Source: Intoshia linei
Lineage: Eukaryota; Animalia; Orthonectida
Length of the DNA: 34,822 nucleotides
NCBI GenBank assembly: GCA_001642005.1
Contig: LWCA01000275.1
Coordinates: forward strand, 1-34,822
Reading direction: 5' to 3'
Part shown: positions 1 through 21,735 of the stretch, piece after piece
Position numbering within the stretch: position 1 is the first letter of the stretch
How the letters are laid out: the number at the start of each line of letters is the position of its first letter
Notes under the pieces: model-generated
The model's input: the letters and a program-made list of their open reading frames with translations, nothing else
Databases searched by the model: none
What the model was told of the DNA's origin: nothing
Translations under genes and position numbers: made by a program

Positions 1-110
1 AAAAATATATATTGGTTATGTGTGACCATTTTTCGGGTTGGTGTGAGGCCGAATTTTTTTCGGGAAATCCCCGGGAATTTTGTCCGGTTTTTTCTCCGGC
101 ACAATCACTA
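1..110. mobile_element. Terminal fragment of a hAT-like MITE (runs off the left edge)
   Basis: GC-rich patch of repeated CCGG/CGGG(AA) motifs ending in ...CACAATCACTA at 110 (reverse complement TAGTGATTG). This resembles hAT TAG(G/T)GAT termini with subterminal repeats. The other end is not in the window. Confidence 0.45.
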
Positions 111-1169
111 AGTGCGATTAATAAATCTCATTTATACCGTATTAATCGATGCTAAAAACCAATATAAATTGTCATATATAATTTTTGAAATAAAGTATAT
201 GAATAATACCAGACCACCAAGTTGTACAATATTGTAAAAGTGAATTGGTCCAATGCTGATTTAGTTAATAATCCAAGTATCACAACTCTATTTTGTTTTT
301 AATATACATTATATCTGATGGATTAAATGATATGCATTAGTTAATTACCAAATTAATGACATATGTGAAATGATAAGATTAGAGATTTTAGAAACAAAAA
401 GAAACTTAAACAATCAAATTAAAAAATATAATTTTTATTCAAAAAAATTTTTGGCACCCCAGGTTAAAAACCCATGCACTAATCTGTAGAGTTTATAGAG
501 CAACTATTTTAAATAGACGTTTCTCTGCACTTTTACAGTCTCTACTAATAAATTACAACATTATTAAATATAGTCACCTTTGTCGTAATTTGAAAAAAAG
601 ATTGCTTCCAATTTTTCATTATCTTTTGTTATCTAAAATTTATCTTATCTTAAAATTTAAGTAGTTAATGAAATGATAACTTACCACTGGTAAATCTTGT
701 TAATTTAAATGTATTTATTAAGATTAGTTAATTTTTGGATTATGTATAACTGTCATTATTAGCGTGGTACATGTGCACCTTTGGAGTACAAATTTAAAAT
801 TATTTTTTTCATCATGATTTCAAATAAGTTTATAGAAAATTCCGTAATCTAGGAATTATACCAGTTGTTCCGAATCGAATGTTAAACAATCGAAACTCAA
901 TAAAATAATTTTAATTTCATATTTTAGGGTAATCCGTTAAAATAAAAGTGGCCAGAAAAATACGTACGATCACTTTTAGTTTATTTGGAATAAATTTTTA
1001 TTCGTCATCATAGATAAGTAGTTTTGGCTTTACATTTAACAAAAAAATGTAGCGCGTTTAAAAAAATCTAATAATTATTATTCATTTTCAAACTATATTA
1101 TCAATAAATATTGTTAATTTAACAAGCTTTCAAGTATTAGACATTGATATCAAGGTTTTTTGGAACACC

Positions 1170-1273
1170 AACGGTGTCACTATAAGCGGATTAAATTTTA
1201 TAAAAACTTGAATTCTTTATTTTGACTACAATGAGCAGTTAATCAGTGCTAAATATAAGCGAATTCTACCGTA
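1170..1273. mobile_element. Right end of a pogo/Tigger-type MITE
   Basis: TATAAGCG occurs twice, and the segment ends ...ATAAGCGAATTCTACCG followed by TA. This is the usual layout of TA-flanked pogo/Tc1-mariner MITE ends. No partner end was found. Confidence 0.35.
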
Positions 1274-1441
1274 TATAATAATTCATTCTATCCATGAACT
1301 ATTATTTTAAGTTAAATATATTTATAATATTAATCGTTGTCATAATATTAAAGATTTTCTAATTCACCCAAGTATCCATGATTTATCTATAGTAATCCAA
1401 ACAATTTATTTTAATTATCAAATTAAAAAAGATTTTTTATT

Positions 1442-4343
1442 ATGGTAGTTTTATTTTTAATTTACATAAAATTAATGAATAGAATGATCGATTTTGTTTC
1501 AAAGCTGAATGGTATGAAGATCTTTCAGAAACTTATAAACCCTTTAATTTGCTTTATTATCCCGCTGACGATACAATTGAACTGGTATGATTCTTAATAA
1601 GCACTTAGTGTATATATAAATCAATAGAATCAAACAAATCTACGAAAAACGTTTTTAAGTCGAAGCAAATGCAGGAATATATCCATGGATGATTTATTTA
1701 TAGGAAATACTATCAATATTTATTGCAGAAATTTTAAAATTTTGGAATATGCCGACGAATTTACAAAAAATAGCTTTTTGCAGCAGAATGAAGTGTATAC
1801 ATAAAAAATTTGTCTAACATAATAGGATTCCTATTTTGGAATGTCAAATAAGGTGTCTTAATTAATCATCGCGCCTTTCCGATATTTTTTTAAATCTTTA
1901 CATGGAACATAGACCATCTGACATTAATTGATCATAATAAATTCATCTAAATGAAGAAATATATCAACAATCAAGATTTCGGTAAAAAAATTAGGTTTTT
2001 TTGAAAGAATTATCCAAAATACATGTCCCTGCAACCAATAATGGAATAATTTAATTATTTTATTTTAATTAGTTTATTAGATGCATTTTCATGTTAAAAG
2101 CACAAAATATGGATAAACTTTCAGATGTAATTAAAGAAATGGAAATACAACGATTACTTATGGTGAGCGGAATAAAAATGTTCAAAATAGATCCACTTGA
2201 TATTGATTTATTTGAGTCATCTTTACCTGAATTTTCTAGGTATATTTACTTTTCGTGGTTTGATTGAAGTTAACCAATATCCGAGTGAATGGCAGTTATA
2301 AAATAACCATACATATTAAGGCTATTCCAATTTTTCTAATATAAAAATGCCAATATAGAAAATGAGCGCAGTTTAATTTGCCGCAGAATTATATTAATAT
2401 TTTTAATTTTTATCCAAAAAAAACCCCGCGTCTTGAAGTTTTTATTTTATGATTTCTGTTAGTTTATTGAAAGTTTTAATAATCCGTTTAATGCATTCCG
2501 TTGTGTTAATAAATTTAAATAATACCAATTTTCAATTTATAATAAATTTATCTGAGATTATAAAACTTTTTAAAATGTCCAATATTGAAATGATTTCATC
2601 ATTTGAAAGTTTACAAGAAATGTCCGAAACATTTTCATATTTTGTTGAATCAAACGGTATAATAATGACCATTGAACCTTGTGAAATATCATTTTCGACA
2701 TTAATTAATGTTAGTAAATTAATTATTAAACTTGAAAATATATGTTCAAAAACTATAAACAAATTTAAATTAAATTTTAATTCATGTTTGTTAAATTCAA
2801 TTTAAATTCGTACCAATTTTCTAATGTAAAAAAATAGAAATAATATTTATGGTAATAAAATATTAACAAAAGTGATGAATTAAATTCGCTTTACTCTTAA
2901 TATTATAAACTTAACAAAATTATTTTTTTACTTAAAAAATATTTGAGTAGAAACTTTTAAAATATTTTGACCCAGTTCATATAAATTTCAAGTCAAGTTA
3001 AATTTATAATTTTTTTTAAAATGACTAAAAGTTTGTCCGTGAACTGTGTCTAAAATAAACGATTTTTTATTGATTTTTTTTAATTAATATGATTAGTGTC
3101 ACATGATCTATATTATATCTTAAAATGATAACTAATGCATGACAACTACGAGGGAAAAAATGTTAGGAAAACAGAAAAAGGTAAAGACGCGGGGATTTTT
3201 GTGACGAAAATAAAAACAATTTATATTATTATGCAGCAAATTAAATGGAGATTATTATATGTCTTAAATTTCTAAAAAAGTCCAAATTGGAATAGCCCTA
3301 ATACATATACATTTTTATTGAAAGAATTTATCAATTTATTACGAGTTAATTTTAAAAAACGAGCGCGTAGAGTTGGCGTGTTCAGTGGACAAATTTTTTT
3401 TGTTGTTCACGTTTTCATAAAATATATAACAAATTTGTTAACAAAAAATCAATTCCTTTAATAAGGACTTATACTGTATTATAATACATTTTAATTAAAA
3501 TTTTTTGTTTATTATCAAAATAATTAAAATAATTTTTGAAAATATAATTATAATTAAATTTTTTAGACAAGAAATTTTAAATTTATTGAAATATCAAATA
3601 ATAGCTGTAAAAGTCACGGGATCAAATTCTAACAACATTTTGAATAATGAAATGAATTTAAGTTAATATTATAAATATAGTTGAATGAAATAATTTAGAA
3701 AATAAATTTGACTATGTTACAAGATCAAATGATGAAGCAGAATTTCTATCTGGTGTAATATTTGATGCAAAAGAAAATATATTGAGATCTACCGCAACAT
3801 ATCAAAATACATCATTATGCATCATAAAACCGCATGTTATAAAAGAAAGTATTCAAAATTTTTTAAAATTATCAATATTATTTAGAAAATCTTGGAAATT
3901 TACTAACAAAATTGTCACCCAATATTAATGCAATTGGAATGTTTCGTCTTAATTACCATTGCGCTATCGAACTCTATCAAGTGTATAAAACTGTTTTACC
4001 AGATTATGAAAAAATGGTCAAAGAATTGACATCTGGGGTTTGCGTTGCCATCGAAATAAATTCAAAAGTTGATAGTTTTAGAGATTTCTGCGGACCTTAT
4101 GACCCAGTAATTCAAATAATGCTAAATCTATAAAAATGTCTATTAAACATACATTTGATTAATCATAGGAAATTGCAAAAAACCTGTATCCTAAATCACT
4201 ACGAGCAAATTTTGGTCACAATCGAATCAAGAACGCTGTCCATTGTACAGATTTATCAGATGACTCGATAATGGAGGTAAAATTTACAATATAAATGTTA
4301 ATTTTAGGTTGAATATTTTTTCAAATTATTGTGGGAAAAATGA
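1442..4343 (+). CDS. NME7: Nucleoside diphosphate kinase 7 homolog (DM10 domain plus two NDK domains)
   Basis: Hand-spliced exons: 1442-1444 (ATG only), 1483-1584, 1628-1794, 2081-2239, 3567-3661, 3699-3848, 3886-4106, 4169-4276, 4308-4343, all GT-AG and phase-consistent. They give MNDRFCFKAEWYEDLSETYKPFNLLYYPADDTIEL (DM10), TSLCIIKPHVI, FRDFCGPYDPEIAKNLYPKSLRANFGHNRIKNAVHCTDL and EVEYFFKLL, which match NME7 motifs. Confidence 0.93.
2317..3300. mobile_element. Complete non-autonomous hAT DNA transposon (984 bp) in NME7 intron 4
   Basis: Termini TAAGGCTATTCCAATTT and AAATTGGAATAGCCCTA form an inverted repeat with 1 mismatch. Further inverted blocks (TTTAATTTGCCGCA, CCCCGCGTCTT) extend it to about 115 bp. 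A perfect 8-bp TSD ATACATAT lies at 2309-2316 and 3301-3308. Confidence 0.88.
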
Positions 4344-4486
4344 ATATTTAATTACAGTTTATTCATTGTCATTAAAATTTAATACGATTCATTTTCAAAT
4401 TCAATTAACTAAATGAAATAAAAAACTGATAAAGATAATTTAGCAGTTAAAAGTATTTAAAAAAAGTTTTATTATACAAATGTAAT

Positions 4487-4938
4487 CTACTTATCTGCAA
4501 AAGGATTTTTTACAACTAAAATTACGGAATCGCCACGTAAAAACATTTTTGATATAAATCTATCCTTATTAATAATTCCAGATTTTGACGATTTTTCTGT
4601 CCACATTTCTTTAACATTCTCGAGTACCATATTTAAATGTCTGTTTAATTGTTAATATATTTTAATATTAATAAATGTTACCTATCAAAAGCACGAACTC
4701 TAGCAAGAATTTTCTTGTTATTTCTACAGTTTATCAAAATTTGAGTGTTATTTAAAACTGCCTTTTTAATTAAACTTAATGGTCCTATAATTTTAATAAA
4801 TTTTTAATATTGAATATGTACCAGTATTGAATTCTTCCTGTTCCAATTTGTTCAACTCGTCGTTAGTCATTTCAGATTTTGGTACGTCAGCGTTCCTAGA
4901 TTTATATAATGTATCTATTGTCAAACTTTTTATTACAT
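4487..4938 (-). CDS. SNRPD2: Small nuclear ribonucleoprotein Sm D2
   Basis: Exons 4938-4937 (AT), 4895-4822, 4784-4682, 4640-4487. Protein [75 protein letters not shown]...[22 protein letters not shown] is a clear SmD2. Confidence 0.97.
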
Positions 4939-5186
4939 TTTCTATTTTTTTCCAGTATGCACAATTTATGAAATTTTGATTTGAATTTAAACTTTGTAAC
5001 TTCAACTTGTAATGAATGTTGCTATATTAATATTTAGCCAAATGTCTGGATATTAAAGTTGAACTTCATAATTAATTATTATTTATCTTCATTAGATTAA
5101 TGATTAGTGAAAAAATTACAATGAAGTGGGCACAAATTATTTTGCATATATTAAAAAAATTTTATTTGTTAGAGCTTGAAAACCAC

Positions 5187-5960
5187 TACCGTCCAGTATA
5201 GATTTGTTTTCTAATTTTGTTAATTAATTTCGTTAGAAAGTTCGCAAGAAGTTTAAAAAAAGTGTTGGTTCTAAGACCTGTTATTTATTAAAATGCATGC
5301 CAAGCTACTCTAATATAACTTGGAAGTGCCGAACCTACTATACCCTTGACCCTTCAGAGACCTCGACGAAATTTTTGTAATATTTAAAGGAATATTTATT
5401 ACTGAAATATAACCTGAAATTTTTCATTAAAATTAAAAATAATAAAATTTAATGGCGTAACTTTTTTGTGTAAAATTTAAAATGTCAACTCAATATCCTT
5501 AGAAAGATGGCTAGGACTATATGACACTACATTTCGTTTTCAAATTTTTATTTTTGGGTGGCCTCGACCTTGACAGGTTTGGCTCTGACCCTAATATACA
5601 AAAATGCTATCAAAATGAGCATTTGAAATAAACCAATTTAGAAAAGAATCCGTTATATACGGGTACACAACTGAAAATGATATACAAATCTTATAAATTT
5701 AGTCCTGCGCGTCGAACATACGTACAAAAATTAAAAGTTAGAAAAATGAGTCACGATGAGGGGTATCGGTACGATATGTTCGTTCTGTGTGTAGGTGATC
5801 AAAAATTTGTGACCTTAAAGTGGTCATATTTCGAGCGCCTGTTAATATGTTGTACAATAATCATCACAGATAAATGTTGATAATTGTAGCTGTAACAGCT
5901 ACAATCTGAGGCTGAATATATTAATACTTTGTATATCAATTCCTATAGTTTCCTTAATAT
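5187..5960. repeat. Degenerate interspersed repeat / non-autonomous element debris between SmD2 and ABCC
   Basis: Contains CCTCGAC/CCTTGAC motifs. The segment TTTTGGGTGGCCTCGACCTTGACAGGTTTGGCT resembles TTTTCGGTTGACCTCGAGCTTGGTAGTTTCGGCT near 23110-23145. A perfect hairpin lies at 5883-5905. Confidence 0.4.
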
Positions 5961-6293
5961 TTATATCACACACCGCTTATTAAATCCTTAATTATTATCT
6001 AAATTAACTAAAACTTATTTTTTTTAACTTGATAAACAAATTTTAATTAATTTTAATAACTAAAACAAAGAAATATGCTTTAAAAAATGAAAACCATAGA
6101 TGGATGCGCTCGGTTAATTTGATGTGCGCATTTGGTTTATTGCGGTTAAATAATATAATCTCTAAATATTATCATGTCCAGAATTATTTATGCAGCTGTC
6201 AATATAACAATTAAATTGATAGATTATAAATGTTGCAGGATTTTTCATTAATCGAAATTACTCTATTTTTATTTTTAATTACAAAATTTTAAA

Positions 6294-18535
<12,242 letters not shown>

Positions 18536-18842
18536 ATATGATTTAATTAAATTCTACATATTTTTTTTAATCCATGATTTACACTTTTTTAAATCTTTTT
18601 GTACAAAATAATTTCAACAGTAATATAAATGTCTGATTTTCACTGTAAATTTAAAATCCTAATTGATAAATGATTAATGAGAATAAAACAATCATGCATG
18701 AATGTTCAATGAACATAACATTACAAATGTATAAAAATTCAAAGAAATACATAATTGTACAAAAATTTTAACTGAAACTTTAATTGCAATTTGCAACGGT
18801 ATACTACTCAAGTGATAAGATTGCAAAACATTAATTATTGTT

Positions 18843-21419
18843 ATGTTATATTTGTGCATAATTTTTCTTTTAATTGTGAATAGCTTTGCTATGCATCCTT
18901 TAGTCATTGGTAAATTTAATTTTTTAATATGTAACTAAAATGTACTTTTTACCTTATTCCCTGGATTAAAAAGATTCAAGTTTTATGGTTCAATTGGAAT
19001 TAGTTTGCATTTATGTAATTGTGTACTCATTTTAGTTCCTGGTTACAGTGGATCCAAATTGGAAGCTAAATTAACAAATTTTACATCAGATAAAATATTT
19101 TGCAAATCTGATACAGACTGGTTCTTAATATGGCTCAGTTCTATTCAAATTATTCCATATGTATTTGATTGCTTCAAAGCAAGAATGAAGTTAATAATAT
19201 AGATTAAATTTAATTTATATTTTAGATTGCACTATGATAAGTCAAATTGGAGAAAAGGATATAACACTAAAGGGGTAGAAATTCGCGTTTTTAATAATAG
19301 TTTCGGTAGTATTGATGCCATCGGACAATTATTTAATTATGATTTTAGTTCCAGTAAATCTATATTTTTTTCATAATTCAAACTTTAATTAGCTAATATA
19401 TTTGAGCGTTTTTTACAAATGTTTATTTTGAAGGGTTACAAAAACGGAATTAATCTACGCGCTGCTCCATATGATTTCAGGCATGTTCCAGGTATACATT
19501 TTTTAATTACATCAGAAATTAATAGAGTAGTCGTTGATATACAGGACATCCTTTTTGAAAAAACTTGATTTATATTTAAACCGCAAAATAATGGTCAAAT
19601 AAAATTAATAAAATATTAAATTATTTAACCAGTCTTACATTTTACATTTGATAAGCTAAGTGTGATCCCTAGTTCATTGTATTTTTAATCTGTTTTGATT
19701 TGTTTGTTTTAAAGTTAACATCTTGAAAATCATAAAACGACGTCCATTCTCTAAAGCAACATTCGTTTAAGCCAGGGTGGCCAACCTTTTAGGTTGTTTT
19801 GATCTTGCCAGTTTTCCAATTTTTGAATTTAAATGCGTCACTGAGAGTATAATAATGTTCTTCAAGAAATATAATAAATCAGTCATTAATTAAGACTTAA
19901 CTATTAAGTGAATAGAGATTTTTAAAATGCCGGTAAATTAATGATTAGGATTATCTTGTTAATTAAGATAAGAACTATTTTATTTGTCAGTATTTAATTA
20001 CCGAAACTGTCAGTATTTTCAACAAAAATTGTCAGTATAAATATTAAAATGTCAGTAATAAAATATACTAATAAAATAAAAATACTTTTAGACAAAACTT
20101 ATTATGAAAATTTAAAAAAGTTGATTATAGACACATATAATAAAAATAATAACAAATCTATAATACTCTTTGGTCATTCATTCGGAGGATTACTATCTGC
20201 AATATTTTTAAATATGCAAAATGATAAATGGATAAATAAACATATAAATTTACTTATAACCAGCAGTTCACCTTGGGCAGGTTCAGTGAAAGCGTTAGAT
20301 GTATTAATAAATGGTAATTTAATTAATTTGATATTACAATTAACAGTCTAGCATAGTTACCACCAAACTACGACTGCGAGTCATATCGGGTCGTTTTTGT
20401 TAAAATAAATTCCTCTCATTTATTTGGTATAAAGTCCTGATATTATGCCATTTAAACATAAAATTTATCAATGATAATATCGAAATCATTAAAAACTTGT
20501 TATCGCTTTATTAATTTCTATATTAGCTAGGTAAATTGGAATTTTAAACGTGCGACATTTTCTGTTTTTTATATGACCATCGAGTCATAACGTTTGGTGG
20601 TCATTGACCCGTAGTCAATGGTATATCATAAATTATAAAAAAATCAATACAGTGGAGTCTCTGTGATTTGCAAAAAATTTTTCATACAAATGTACCTTAG
20701 TCCCATCAATAAAATAATGAACCATTAAATCTTAATAAAATTCACCAAACCATTGAATTCCCGATGTAGGCTAATAGTGAAAACTTCCCGTTTATTATAT
20801 TATTACAGGTGAAAGTTACATAAGTTGGTTGAAACCTGAAAAATGGAAAAATCTATTGAGATCTTATCAATCTGCCATGGCATTTCAACCATCAATAAAT
20901 TTATGGGCTAATGATGAAATATTATTGACACGCAAAAAAAATTATACAATTAATAACTACAAGTCCATATTTGAACAAATAAATTTTGAAAATGGATACC
21001 AGCGTTGGAAAAGTATTAAAAAAGAATTTGAAGAAATATTGGAACCAAGAGTGGATTCTGTCTGTATTCATGGGAGGGGAATAGATACTATTAGTAAAAT
21101 CGATTACAGAAATACTCAGTTTCCAGAAGGAATTCCCTCTTACATTTATGAAACTGCAGATGGTACAGTCAATGAACGTTCACTAACAGCATGCAGAAAT
21201 TGGAGCAATTCAACATTTAAACGTGATTATTATGTTTTAGATACATCACACAATCAAATTTTAAAAAGTGATGAATTTCTAGCATTAATTAGCAAATATA
21301 TATTCCCATTTAAAGAAAGAAAAAAGTTAAAGAATAACACCGTTTCAAAAGAAGATGAATCTTATTTTCATCACATATGCTATCTTTTTGCTTCCATTGT
21401 ATTGTATTACATTATATAA
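18843..21419 (+). CDS. LCAT / lysosomal phospholipase A2 (PLA2G15) family acyltransferase
   Basis: Exons approximately 18843-18909, 19035-19189, 19226-19353, 19393-19491, 20092-20313, 20809-21419. Signal peptide MLYLCIIFLLIVNSFA, then HPLVIVPGYSGSKLEAKL, WFLIWL, NLRAAPYDFR, nucleophile GHSFG, PWAGS, CIHGRG, catalytic Asp in DGTVN and His in SHNQIL. Confidence 0.92.
19773..20057. mobile_element. hAT-like MITE remnant with subterminal TGTCAGTA repeats
   Basis: CAGGGTGGCCAACC start at 19773. TGTCAGTA at 19985, 20008, 20030 and 20050. Confidence 0.4.
20359..20601. mobile_element. 243-bp MITE-like element with ~30-bp imperfect TIRs
   Basis: Left ACCACCAAACTACGACTGCGAGTCATAT versus the reverse complement of the right end, ACCACCAAACGTTATGACTCGATGGTCATAT. 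No clear TSD. Confidence 0.6.
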
Positions 21420-21559
21420 ATCCTAACTTATATAAAACTGTTTGTTTGTTTTTCTGTTATCGTTTATTGCAATAACTAAGAGTGTTAGAATTTAACAAAT
21501 TCATATTTCTATTACAGTTTTTTTCCGACGAAGAAAGTGAGATAAATTTCAATTTCAGA

Positions 21560-21735
21560 AACTTTCACCTTACCGGTCAATAAACCCAATAATCAATTTT
21601 TTTGAAATCAAACGAGTCTTAATATTTAAAAAAATATTTCAGAAACAGATTTTAAAATCATGAACATTATCATAAATTTCAATATCAAAAAGGTATATCT
21701 TCAAAACCCAAATTACCCTTTATTTAAAAAAAATT
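21560..21735 (-). repeat. Inverted fragment of the Helitron-like repeat family
   Basis: GAAATCAAACGAG..GATTTTAAAATCAT..AAACCCAAATTACCCTTT is the reverse complement of motifs in 12660-12830. Confidence 0.65.

Noticed and set aside
1795-2080. Extra NME7 exon(s) within the 286-nt intron
   Set aside because: Candidate internal exons hit stops or break the alignment. Direct splicing 1794>2081 gives a continuous NME7-like frame.
5677-5880. Short ORFs at 5677, 12844, 15796, 18692, 21660 and 33011-33360
   Set aside because: They have no recognisable motifs or consistent splice chains and lie in repeat debris or intergenic AT-rich DNA.
18536-18842. Operon or trans-splicing between the ABCC and lipase genes
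   Set aside because: The 307-nt gap is ordinary for this compact genome, and the sequence gives no direct evidence.
19985-20057. CRISPR-like repeat-spacer array
   Set aside because: The repeats are only 8 bp with 12-15-bp spacers, the context is a eukaryotic intron, and there are no cas genes.
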